Source: Candidatus Poribacteria bacterium (GTDB taxonomy: Bacteria; Poribacteria; WGA-4E; GCA-2687025). From it: a DNA stretch of 35,706 bases. The DNA is taken from positions 1-35,706 of the forward strand of contig NYZG01000302.1 of the NCBI GenBank assembly GCA_002687025.1. The letters run 5' to 3'. This document shows positions 18,242 through 26,924 of the stretch, one piece after another. The stretch's first letter is position 1, and each line of letters opens with the position of its first letter. The position numbers and the translations under genes were made by a program. The notes under the pieces were generated by a model, which saw only the letters and a list, made by a program, of their open reading frames with translations, made no database searches and was not told the origin of the DNA.

Positions 18242-19123
18242 CTACCAGGTGCGTTCCTTGAGCATCTCCTGGATCGCCTCGCGCGGCACGGACAACTCGT
18301 CGATGTGATCTTCGAGCCATCCCGAGAAGTCGCGTTCGATGTCGTCGGTCCACCGCGTATCGATCTGTCCCGGCGTGTATTTCCCCTCGCGCAAGCGCCC
18401 CTTACCGAACGTGTCGCGCAGCTGCACCAGCTCCGACGTCTTCACCAGCTTCTCGGCGAGGTGAGGAGGCACAAACACGACGCCGTCGTCCTTGCCCAGG
18501 ACGACATCCCCGGGCATGACGGTCGCCTGACCGATGCGGATCGGCGTGTTTACGCCGACGAGCATGATCGTCGGTGACGCGTACGACGGATGCCACGCCC
18601 GCGCGAAGCTCGCGAACCCCTCGATCTCCTGGATGCCCTCGCGGTCCCGGAGGGCGGCGTCGTGCACCACTCCGTTCCCGGAGTTCGTGTAGATCGCCGT
18701 GGCGAGGTTGTCGCCCATGACGGCGCCCTGGTCCACCTTCCCGTACACGTCGGCGACGTAGACGTCGCGCTGCGTGAGCATGTCGATGGGCCAGGATATC
18801 TGGTCGCCGACGCAGCCGGCGCGTTCGCCCTTCTCCTCCATGACGGTGCGCATCACGGGCCGACGCGGCATGTACATCGCGGTCAGCGCGCGTCCGACGA
18901 GCGTCTCGCCCGGGTGCGTGCAGAGCCAGTTGTCCTCGTACTGCCAGCGGTAGCCGGCTCCCTGCAAGACGCCCCACGCCTCCGTGACGGTGACGGCGCG
19001 CATGCGGTCGAGGATGTCGTCGGCTACCTTCGGCCGCCCATCCTCGAACCGTTCGCCCGTCCACTCGGGCGTGTATGCCACCAGCTCGTCGGGCGCGAGG
19101 TTGAGGGGCGCGAACTTCTCCAT
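18242..19123 (-). CDS. RraA-like / HMG-aldolase family protein
   Basis: ATG at 19123 after AGGAG; 'GERFEDGRPKVADDIL', 'LVGRALTA', 'AVMGDNLATAI', 'DAALRD', 'ATVMPGDVVLG...GVVFVP'. Confidence 0.85.
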   Translation of the reverse strand: MEKFAPLNLAPDELVAYTPEWTGERFEDGRPKVADDILDRMRAVTVTEAWGVLQGAGYRWQYEDNWLCTHPGETLVGRALTAMYMPRRPVMRTVMEEKGERAGCVGDQISWPIDMLTQRDVYVADVYGKVDQGAVMGDNLATAIYTNSGNGVVHDAALRDREGIQEIEGFASFARAWHPSYASPTIMLVGVNTPIRIGQATVMPGDVVLGKDDGVVFVPPHLAEKLVKTSELVQLRDTFGKGRLREGKYTPGQIDTRWTDDIERDFSGWLEDHIDELSVPREAIQEMLKERTW

Positions 19124-19137
19124 GCGGTCTCCTGTCA

Positions 19138-20283
19138 TCAGCGTTGCACCGTCAGCGCGTAGCCACCGTCGATGTAGGGGAAGATGCCTTCGACGCCGTC
19201 GGCGAGCTCGCCCCCGAGCCCGGGCCGTTCGCCGAAGACGAGGTGGCCGTCCTCGGTGGGCGGCCGGTCGGCGAGCATCTCCCACTGCAGCGGCCCCTGG
19301 ATCATACACAGTTCCAGCACGCGACCGTTGGGAAGCGCGGCCACGGCGTGCCCGTTCGCCAGGCCCATGAGGATGTTGTGCCAGCTATGCGGACACACGT
19401 CGACGCCGTAGCGGGCGGCCATCTTGCCGATCCGCATAAGTTCCGTGATGCCGCACAGTCCCGCGTCCATCTGGACGATGTCGTACGCGCCCGCGTCGAG
19501 ATAAGGTCGGAACTGTTCGAGGGTCGTGAGGCTCTCGCCACCGGTGATCGGCATGTCCACAGCCGCGTTGAGCCGCGCATAGCCGCCGATTTCCGCGTGC
19601 GGAATCGGCTCCTCGAACCACGCGAAGTCGAGCCGGTCGAGCTCCAAGGCTATCTCGAGCGCCTGCGCCTCCGTGAGTCGGCAGTTGCCGTCCAGCATGA
19701 GCTCCATGCGTCCGTCGACGGCGGCGTGCAGTCCGCGCACGAGGTCGAGGAATCGCGCGACCGTCACGCCGTCCCAGGACCACTCCGTGCCGATGCGGAA
19801 CTTCATCGCGGTGTAGCCCAGGGCCACGTACTCCAGCGCCTCGTCGATGAGCTGTTCGGGTCGGTCCCGCCAGTCGTAGCGACATCCACTCGACGCGTAC
19901 AGTCGGACGCGGTCCTCCGCGTCGTCGGCGAGGAGCTTCGCGACGGGCTTACCGGCGATCTTCCCGCGCAGGTCCCACAGGGCGCAGTCGATACCCGCGA
20001 CGGCGGCGTCGTACTGTCGTCCTCGACCGTTCGGGCTGAGCATCGTGGCCGCGTCGTCGGGATGTAGCCCGACCAATGCTGGCGCCAACCAATCGACCAT
20101 GTCGCGGACCAGCAGAGGCCCGCCGTACGCGCTCGCCTCGCCGATGCCCGCGAGTCCTTCGTCGGTGTGCACGACGACGACGACGCAGTCGGCCTTCACG
20201 GTTCGATAGCGCGCGGTGATCCATTGCCGCTCCGGCTCGTGCATCCGTGACAGACACAGCGTTGCTAGCTTCGTGATCTTCAT
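19138..20283 (-). CDS. Mandelate racemase/muconate lactonizing enzyme family (enolase superfamily) protein, probable acid-sugar dehydratase
   Basis: 'HTDEGLAGIGE', 'GIDCALWDLRGK', KxR 'AMKFRIG', 'LMLDGN', 'WFEEP', 'GGES', 'CPHSW', 'RPGLG'. Confidence 0.92.
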   Translation of the reverse strand: MKITKLATLCLSRMHEPERQWITARYRTVKADCVVVVVHTDEGLAGIGEASAYGGPLLVRDMVDWLAPALVGLHPDDAATMLSPNGRGRQYDAAVAGIDCALWDLRGKIAGKPVAKLLADDAEDRVRLYASSGCRYDWRDRPEQLIDEALEYVALGYTAMKFRIGTEWSWDGVTVARFLDLVRGLHAAVDGRMELMLDGNCRLTEAQALEIALELDRLDFAWFEEPIPHAEIGGYARLNAAVDMPITGGESLTTLEQFRPYLDAGAYDIVQMDAGLCGITELMRIGKMAARYGVDVCPHSWHNILMGLANGHAVAALPNGRVLELCMIQGPLQWEMLADRPPTEDGHLVFGERPGLGGELADGVEGIFPYIDGGYALTVQR

Positions 20284-20324
20284 CGGAAGTGGCTTCCTCC
20301 TCTGGGTAGCCGAGAGTCAGGGCA

Positions 20325-20391
20325 AGTATAGCGATCTGTCACGACGGGCGTAACGGCTGCCGTTGCCCGATCGCGAGCCGTGGGGTATGGT
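20325..20391. promoter_or_regulatory. Divergent sigma70-type promoters between the enolase-superfamily and MDR genes
   Basis: Minus strand TTACGC-N17-TATACT (20353-20325); plus strand TTGCCC-N17-TATGGT (20363-20391). Confidence 0.5.
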
Positions 20392-20440
20392 CCGCGTACC
20401 CGGTCGACAACCTGCCGACACCGCTCAGCGCGGAGACAAT

Positions 20441-21412
20441 ATGCCCAAGGAACTCATCGCCACCGCGCCACGGACGCCGACGCTCCGAGAGTACAAGGAC
20501 GGCCCCGTGCCCGAAGGTCACGTGCGCGTCCAGACGGAGTTCGGCGCGCCCAAGCACGGCACGGAAATGACGATGTACCGAGCCACGCGCGGCGCCAATT
20601 TCCCGATGGGGCTGGGCAACATGTGCGTCGGCCGCATCACCGACCTGGGCGACGGCGTGGAAGGCCTGAGCGTCGGCCAACGTATCGCGGGTTACGGCTC
20701 GTTGCGCCAGACGCACACCTGGCGCGCGGGGAACGTCCTCGCGATGACCGACGCCATGACGTGGAAAGAGGCCGTGTGCTACGACCCCGCGCACTTCGCG
20801 CTGGCGGGCGTGCGCGACGCGAAGCTCCGAGCAGGCGATCACGTGGCGGTGTTCGGTCTGGGAGCGCTCGGGCAGATGTCCGCGCAGTTCGCCGCTGTGT
20901 CCGGCGCCGCAACCGTGACGGTCATCGACCCAATCGCGGCGCGTCGACAGGTCGCGCTGGACGCCGGCGCCGACGGCGGCATCGACCCCACGACGGACGA
21001 TGTCGAGGCCTCCCTGCGGGAAGTCTCCGACGGCCGCGGCGTGGACATCATCATCGAAACGAGCGCCAATATGGCGGCGCTGAATACCGCCCTGACGGGT
21101 CTTGCCTACGGTGGCACGCTGGCGTATCTGGGATGGGCGAAGGCGTTCCCGGCGGGGCTCGACCTCGGAGACCGCGCGCACGTCGAGGTCCCCGACATCA
21201 TCTTCTCCCGCGCGTGCAGTGAACCGAACCGAGACCACCCGCGATGGGACTTCAAGCGCATCGAGGACACGTGCTGGGATTGGCTGTCGTCGCAGAGATT
21301 CCGCTGCGAGGGGATCATCGCCCCCGTCGTCGACTTCGCCGATGTCGTCGAGGCGTACCAGGACATCGACAACCACCCCGAGAAGAGCATCAAGACCGGC
21401 GTGCGCTTCTAG
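20441..21412 (+). CDS. MDR-superfamily (zinc-binding alcohol dehydrogenase-like) oxidoreductase
   Basis: 'VGRITDLGDGVEGLSVGQRI', Rossmann 'VAVFGLGALG', 'GRGVDIIIETS'; 'KHGTE' in place of the catalytic Zn Cys; GGAG SD. Confidence 0.88.
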   Translation: MPKELIATAPRTPTLREYKDGPVPEGHVRVQTEFGAPKHGTEMTMYRATRGANFPMGLGNMCVGRITDLGDGVEGLSVGQRIAGYGSLRQTHTWRAGNVLAMTDAMTWKEAVCYDPAHFALAGVRDAKLRAGDHVAVFGLGALGQMSAQFAAVSGAATVTVIDPIAARRQVALDAGADGGIDPTTDDVEASLREVSDGRGVDIIIETSANMAALNTALTGLAYGGTLAYLGWAKAFPAGLDLGDRAHVEVPDIIFSRACSEPNRDHPRWDFKRIEDTCWDWLSSQRFRCEGIIAPVVDFADVVEAYQDIDNHPEKSIKTGVRF

Positions 21413-21442
21413 GCCATTCATCCACACCGGCCGGGGGCCGAC

Positions 21443-22105
21443 ATGCCGAAATCCCTGACGTTCCTACATACCGCCGCGCCGCTGGCGCCTTCGTTCGACG
21501 AACTCGCGTCCGAGATCGCGCCTGACGTCCCAGTCCGACACCTCATCGCCGGAGACCTGCTCGACATGGCTCGCGCTGAGGGCCCTGACGCCACCGCCAC
21601 GCGTTCTCAGGTGCGCGACGCCGTCCTACACGCCGTCGCGGCGGGCGCGCGCGTCGTGCTGTGCACCTGCTCGACCATCGGCGACCCGGCGGAGCGCGCG
21701 GCGGCCGACGCGGACGCGGTCGTGATGCGCGTTGACCGGCCCATGGCGGAGCGCGCCGTCGCGGCGGGCTCGCGCATCCTCGTGGTCGCGACTCTTGAGA
21801 GCACGCTCGGCCCAACGACCGATCTCATACGCGACGCCGCCGCGAAGGCGGGCCGCGACGTGACTGTCTCAACGCTGCTCGCCGACGCCGCGTGGGCGAA
21901 GTTCGAGGCCGGCGACGCGGACGGCTACTACGCCGAGATCGCATCTGCCGTGAAGGCCGGAGCGGGCGACGCCGACGCCATAGTGCTCGCGCAGGGGTCC
22001 ATGGCCCCGGCCGCGGACCTATGCGGCGGCGTGACGGCGCCGGTTCTCAGCAGCCCACGCCTGGGTGTCGAGGCCGCCGTGGCGGCGTTCCGCGCGTCCG
22101 GCTAG
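21443..22105 (+). CDS. Asp/Glu/hydantoin racemase-like protein
   Basis: 'FLHT', 'VLCTCSTIG', 'RVDRPMA', 'VVATLESTLGPT', 'IVLAQGSMA', 'PVLSSP'. Confidence 0.8.
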   Translation: MPKSLTFLHTAAPLAPSFDELASEIAPDVPVRHLIAGDLLDMARAEGPDATATRSQVRDAVLHAVAAGARVVLCTCSTIGDPAERAAADADAVVMRVDRPMAERAVAAGSRILVVATLESTLGPTTDLIRDAAAKAGRDVTVSTLLADAAWAKFEAGDADGYYAEIASAVKAGAGDADAIVLAQGSMAPAADLCGGVTAPVLSSPRLGVEAAVAAFRASG

Positions 22106-23397
22106 TTCGCTCCGTGTTGACGGAGTAGCTCGACGACCTCTGGGTGTGGCGCCGGACCGAGATCGCGCGTCGCGCCCCAATCGCCAGGTGTGTCCGACTT
22201 GTGGTAGCCGTTCGGGAACCGGTCGATGTAGCCCAACGGCGTCACGTCCCGAAGTTCCTCTCCGACGCGCACGTCTGCGCGCGCGTTCACGTCCGCGCCG
22301 GATTCCATGAGCAGTTTCAGGACGTCCCAGCTCACGTTGCAGTTCGTCGTCACCCCGTGGAATACAGGCGTGTGCGTGTTGAACCCGTCTGGAGCGGGCA
22401 TGGCACGGACGTTGGGGTCGGCGCCGCGCCCCAGCGGGAGCCGCGCCTCCTCGACCCAGCCGTATTCCGCGCAGTGGTGCAGGAGCGTCGTGTTCACCAA
22501 TGGCGCGCCGCCATAGACCGCGCCAAACTCCAGTTCGACATCTCTCCCGCCGCGCAGGTCGAAGGGCGCGTTCACGAGCGACGGGTCCGCCCGAAGCCGC
22601 TCGACCAGACGATCCATCCGCCCCGTCAGCAGGTCGTACAGGGCGCTGTCGTCGTGATCGGCTCCCGCCTCGACGAGGATGCGCGCGACCTGTTGGCGGT
22701 TGGGGTTGAGGCACGGATAGGTGTGGAGGCCGTTGTGCAGGGGCGACCACTTGATGCCCGCGCGCCGACAGTCGGGGTCCGCGCCGTTCTCGATCATCCA
22801 ACGCACCCCCTCGACGTTCAGGTCTTCGGTCAATTGGTAGAGGTGCTCGTGGAGATGGTGGACCTCTACCGCACACCGCTCCAGCAGATGGTCGGCCACG
22901 TCTGTTCTGTCTCTGCGCAGGCAGTGGTAGAACACGCCGGGTATGTCGACCTGGCTCTGGGTGCCGTGGCCCAGCAGGACGTCTACCAGCGGCACTGATC
23001 CGCAGGCCGCCGCGTAGCACAGGAGATCCACGGCGCCGCGCCAATGTAGGAACCCGCGCCAGTGCTCCTTGCGGCGGAGCCAGCCCAGGTCAGCCTGTAC
23101 TATCCGGTCCAAAGCCTCGGGATCGTCGCTCAACACGGCCGCCTCGACGAGGCGCAGGTCAGATCGCGCGTACTCCGTCATCGCGCGCCACGTCCCAAAG
23201 CCGTATTCGAGCGCGAGGACGTGCTGCGCGTCGGCGAGCTGCATCTCGCCCTTGCGGGTGTCGCCGGATCGTGGATGGCGATCCATTCGTGCGAGCGCGT
23301 CGGGGTCGTCCGCGCGGAGCGCCTTTAGCAGCGCCTTCGCTTCCTTCTTCAGGTGTTCGAGGCTGGGATTCGTCGGAAGTTGACGCACGGCAGGCAT
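22102..23397 (-). CDS. Ankyrin-repeat protein with N-terminal 'LPxxPSLEHLKKEAK...LADAQxxLAxEYGFxxW' domain
   Basis: ATG at 23397 after GAGAGGG; ankyrin repeats 'WSPLHNG...ILVEAGAD', 'TLLHHCAEYGW...GRGADPN', 'HTPVFH...LLMESGADVNA', 'VTPLGY'. Confidence 0.88.
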   Translation of the reverse strand: MPAVRQLPTNPSLEHLKKEAKALLKALRADDPDALARMDRHPRSGDTRKGEMQLADAQHVLALEYGFGTWRAMTEYARSDLRLVEAAVLSDDPEALDRIVQADLGWLRRKEHWRGFLHWRGAVDLLCYAAACGSVPLVDVLLGHGTQSQVDIPGVFYHCLRRDRTDVADHLLERCAVEVHHLHEHLYQLTEDLNVEGVRWMIENGADPDCRRAGIKWSPLHNGLHTYPCLNPNRQQVARILVEAGADHDDSALYDLLTGRMDRLVERLRADPSLVNAPFDLRGGRDVELEFGAVYGGAPLVNTTLLHHCAEYGWVEEARLPLGRGADPNVRAMPAPDGFNTHTPVFHGVTTNCNVSWDVLKLLMESGADVNARADVRVGEELRDVTPLGYIDRFPNGYHKSDTPGDWGATRDLGPAPHPEVVELLRQHGAN

Positions 23398-23530
23398 AGT
23401 CAACCCTCTCTCATCGTCGCGCCCGTTGTCCGCATAGCCGGGCAGACAGAAGGTTGCGTCGTACCGCGGCCGGGTGAAGGTGGGCTAGGCCCTTTACGCG
23501 GACCGACGGCTCCCTTTCGAGCTCCAACCC
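23398..23530 (-). ncRNA. Candidate structured 5' leader RNA (pseudoknot plus anti-SD stem) of the ankyrin gene
   Basis: GUCCGCGUA (23503-23495) is complementary to UAUGCGGAC (23436-23428), which lies in the loop of the GCCCG/CGGGC hairpin; CAACCUUCU pairs with SD-containing AGAGGGUUG; TTGACA at 23559-23554 upstream. Confidence 0.6.
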
Positions 23531-23675
23531 TCTATCGGCCGTGGAGCGGACGATGTCAACCATGTCGTACACCATGCCATCCCCGGTGCATCCCCAGCGT
23601 GGGGACTGTGGGAGCGGCCGCCATGCGGCTCACCAGCTACCCGCCACCATGTGATGCGCACAGAGGAGACTTGAC

Positions 23676-24173
23676 GTGACCGCGACCGCAGACGCCGGCC
23701 CGGGCCCAACCGACGCCCGAGGAGAGATACGCCCCTTCGATCCGGCGGACGAGACCGCGACGGCCGAAGTCTGGCATCGATCCGGCCGCGCCGCGTACCC
23801 CTACCTTCCGACCTGGCAGGCCTTCCCCCTCGACGACGCGCGAGACGTCTTCCGCGACGTCATCATGCAGGAGTGCCGACTGTGGGTAGGGACACGCGAT
23901 GGCGAGATCGTCGCATTCTTGGGCATGGAGGGGTCTTACCTCGACCGCCTGTACGTCGATCCGGCCGAATGGCGACGCGGGTGGGGCGGCCGCTTCGTCG
24001 TTCTGGCGAAGGACGTCAGCCCGGACGGGATCGAGCTATACACGCACCAGGAGAACTACGCGGCGCGCGCGCTGTACGAGCGGCACGGCTTTATCGCCGT
24101 TGAGTTCGGGATCAGCCCGCCGCCTGAGTCGGCGCCCGACGTGAAGTACCGATGGAGACCACGGCCGTCCTGA
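23676..24173 (+). CDS. GNAT-family N-acetyltransferase
   Basis: 'LDRLYVDPAEWRRGWGG' (motif A), 'LYTHQENYAARALYERHGF'; GAGGAG SD. Confidence 0.9.
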   Translation: MTATADAGPGPTDARGEIRPFDPADETATAEVWHRSGRAAYPYLPTWQAFPLDDARDVFRDVIMQECRLWVGTRDGEIVAFLGMEGSYLDRLYVDPAEWRRGWGGRFVVLAKDVSPDGIELYTHQENYAARALYERHGFIAVEFGISPPPESAPDVKYRWRPRPS

Positions 24174-24220
24174 TCGCCAAGTGCGCGCTACCTGCGTGCC
24201 GGGCGGCTCCGCGCGACCCA

Positions 24221-24976
24221 TCAGTTCCGGCCGGCCTTCAGCGCCGCCCACGAGGAAGCGATCTTCCCACGTGGATCGACCGCCTTCAGGCCGAGCACGT
24301 ACTCCACGCCGTTGGCCATCGCGTCGCCGACCGTCTTCGCGTCGATCGCGTCGTTCAGCAGCAGCACGTCATCGACGATGCACGCGGTGTGCCAATTGCC
24401 TTTGTCGGTCGCGATCCACGCGGACTGCGCCCCGCCGCCGAGCGACATGCCCGGCGCTCCCTGCTCGACCTGCAGTTGGCCGTCGACGTAGATGCGCACG
24501 GTCGAACCGTCCAGCACGTTGGCAACGTGGTACCACGTGTTCTCCTCCACCTGGAATCCACTGGCGACGTTCCACGAATTGCTCCACAGATGCAGGATAT
24601 GCCCGTCCGTTTTGTACGGCACGATGCGCTGACTGCCGCCGTCCCAGATGGCGAAGTAGTTCTGCTGACCGGGGACGTCCGTGAACTGGACCCACATCAT
24701 CACCGTCAGCCGGTCCTGGATGGACTCCGCCGGGAGCGGGATTTGCACCGTATCGCCCTTGGCGAACTCGATGGCGCCGCTGAACTCGCCATCCACCCAA
24801 TCGCCACCTTGGAGCTGGCCGATGCGCCCGTTCGCCGATATGTCGGCGACGTCCACGCCATCCCCGTCGTCGAGAGGCCACGCTCCGACCACCAGGCCCG
24901 GGTCGATAGCCGCGCGCGCCGTGCCGCTCAGGCTAGCCACCAGCGCCACACCAAGCGCCCACTTCCAACTTAGCAT
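24221..24976 (-). CDS. Secreted LamG-like jellyroll protein with Trp-containing C-terminal motif
   Basis: ATG at 24976 after GGAGGAG; signal peptide ending 'ARA'; 'WPLDDGDG..VADISANG', 'TWYHVANVLDGSTVRIYVDG', 'IVDDV'; tail 'AVDPRGKIASSWAALKAGRN*'. Confidence 0.88.
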   Translation of the reverse strand: MLSWKWALGVALVASLSGTARAAIDPGLVVGAWPLDDGDGVDVADISANGRIGQLQGGDWVDGEFSGAIEFAKGDTVQIPLPAESIQDRLTVMMWVQFTDVPGQQNYFAIWDGGSQRIVPYKTDGHILHLWSNSWNVASGFQVEENTWYHVANVLDGSTVRIYVDGQLQVEQGAPGMSLGGGAQSAWIATDKGNWHTACIVDDVLLLNDAIDAKTVGDAMANGVEYVLGLKAVDPRGKIASSWAALKAGRN

Positions 24977-25239
24977 CCCGCGTCTCCTCCGTTGACTCTC
25001 GCCCCAGGAACACCCCTTGCCGCCCAAGGCACATGTTGACAGTAGCCGACGCGCGCGCCAATCACACACGCCGGCCTCCAGCCGACGAGCCCGCTGCGCC
25101 CAAGCCGCGGATGACCCCAACGGCCTACCATCGAAACACCTCCCGGCCGACGGCCGCGGCGCGGGTGTGGCCGATGCAACGCGGAGCCCGCGACGGACGT
25201 ATGGCCGGACACGACGTGGCAGAACCCAGAGGAACCCCG

Positions 25240-26805
25240 ATGGACTTCGTATCCGGCCCGCCCGAGGTGACGCTCATCGACGCGACCGACCGGCCGTATG
25301 AGACGGCCGTCGGCGCGGCGCGGACCTGCTACTCCTCGCGCGGCCTGATCCTGCCAGACCAGGTCTCCGGCACGCGGAAGGCACGCGCGTTGCGCGACCG
25401 CATCGCGTCCAGCACCCTCACGGCCGGCCACCTGACCACGCGACAGCATGCGACGTTCATCTTCGGCATCGACAAGGTGTCCCGCGCGGCCGTCTGGTCG
25501 TTCCTGCACAGCCACCCGTTCTACAACTCCGAGCAGGTGAGTCAGCGCTACGTCGAGGTGCAGCCCGGCACGTACGCGGTCCCGAATCTGGAACCCGAGG
25601 CGCTAGACATCTACGAGGCGACGGTGCGCATGCAGACCGAAGCGTACCGACGTCTCATCGAGCTGCTCGAACCGACCATCCGCGACGAGTTCCACACGCT
25701 GTTCCCGGCCCGCGCCAAGCGGCCCGAGCGTTGGGGACGCTACCTCGAACGCAAGGCGTACGAGGTCGCCCGTTACGTCCTGCCCGTCGCGACGTACACC
25801 TATCTCTACCACACGGTCAGCGCGCTCACGCTGATGCGCTACGCGCGTCTTGCGTCGTACTTCGACGCCCCGACGGAGCAGCGCGCGCTCATCGAAGCAA
25901 TGCTCGCGGCCGTTACCGCACAAGACGAACTGTTCACCCGCGAGTTGGACGACCCGATACCCCTGGATCAGACGCCTGAGTACACGTTCCTCGCAGGCGT
26001 GGACCCGCAGACGCGGCAGGCGCGCGCGACGGAATACAGACGCGACTTCGACGCCCGTCTGGACGGCCACACGTCCATCATGATCGGCCACGCGCAGAAC
26101 GCTGAACGCACGCTCGCGGACGCGGTGCGCGGCGTCCTGGGCGCCCCGGAGAGCGCCCTCCCGGACGGCGAGGCGCTCGCGCTGCTCCTGGACCCCTCGC
26201 GCAACGCGTACTACACCGAGACGATGAACGTGCACACGCTCACGAAGATCTCCCGGGCGATGAACCACGTGAACTACACGTTCGCGAAGAAGCTCAGCCA
26301 CACCGCAGACTCGCAGGACCAACGGCATCGGATGGTCCCCGCCTCCCGACCCGTGCTGAGCGCGGTCTACTCCGGGGCTCCCGACACAGTGACGCCCAAG
26401 CTCATCGCCCTGAACGAAGCGGCGCGCGAGGCGTACGACGACGTGAATTCGCTCGCATTCGAGAACATCAACAGACTGCTCGACGCCGGCGTACCGGACG
26501 AATACGCTTTCTACCTCCTGCCCAACGCATATTCGATCCGCATGATCGAGTCCGGCTCGCTGATGGACCTGCACCACAAGTGGCGCACGCGTCTCTGCTA
26601 CACGGCGCAGGAGGAGATATTCCACGCCTCCGTGGACGAGGTGGAGCAGGTGCGCGAGGTCCACCCGACAATCGGCAAGTACCTCCACGCCCCATGCTGG
26701 TTCCGCATGGAAACGCCGCAGACGCCCTATTGTCCCGAAGGCGACCGGTTCTGTGGCGTGCCCGTCTGGAAGCTGCAACCAGACGCCTTCGAGCGTGTCC
26801 TCTAG
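25240..26805 (+). CDS. thyX: FAD-dependent thymidylate synthase, tandem two-domain type
   Basis: Domain 1 'ARTCYS...GHLTTRQH.TFIFGIDKVSR...EQVSQRYV...EVARYVLP'; domain 2 'SHTADSQDQRHR...YLLPNA...RLCYTAQEEI'. Confidence 0.88.
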   Translation: MDFVSGPPEVTLIDATDRPYETAVGAARTCYSSRGLILPDQVSGTRKARALRDRIASSTLTAGHLTTRQHATFIFGIDKVSRAAVWSFLHSHPFYNSEQVSQRYVEVQPGTYAVPNLEPEALDIYEATVRMQTEAYRRLIELLEPTIRDEFHTLFPARAKRPERWGRYLERKAYEVARYVLPVATYTYLYHTVSALTLMRYARLASYFDAPTEQRALIEAMLAAVTAQDELFTRELDDPIPLDQTPEYTFLAGVDPQTRQARATEYRRDFDARLDGHTSIMIGHAQNAERTLADAVRGVLGAPESALPDGEALALLLDPSRNAYYTETMNVHTLTKISRAMNHVNYTFAKKLSHTADSQDQRHRMVPASRPVLSAVYSGAPDTVTPKLIALNEAAREAYDDVNSLAFENINRLLDAGVPDEYAFYLLPNAYSIRMIESGSLMDLHHKWRTRLCYTAQEEIFHASVDEVEQVREVHPTIGKYLHAPCWFRMETPQTPYCPEGDRFCGVPVWKLQPDAFERVL

Positions 26806-26843
26806 CCGCCTCTCTCCCGTCCACGCAGCCGAAGCGCGTCTCC

Positions 26844-26872
26844 TTGTCGGCGCGTGGGTCGGGTGGTAAGTT
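26844..26872 (+). promoter_or_regulatory. Sigma70-type promoter of the mobA-moeA operon
   Basis: TTGTCG-N17-TAAGTT with an extended -10 TG. Confidence 0.5.
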
Positions 26873-26924
26873 TCCCCCGTTCGAGCGCGCTCTTCTCCGC
26901 GAACGGCACACCTCGGGACACGCA

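Noticed and set aside
25033-25239. N-terminal extensions given by the ORF track (thyX; similarly mobA, trxA, HEAT, HTH-TPR, RraA, LamG, ECF)
   Set aside because: Low-complexity Arg/Ala/Pro-rich translations that overlap promoters or neighbouring genes; downstream starts at the domain boundary, mostly with SDs, fit better.
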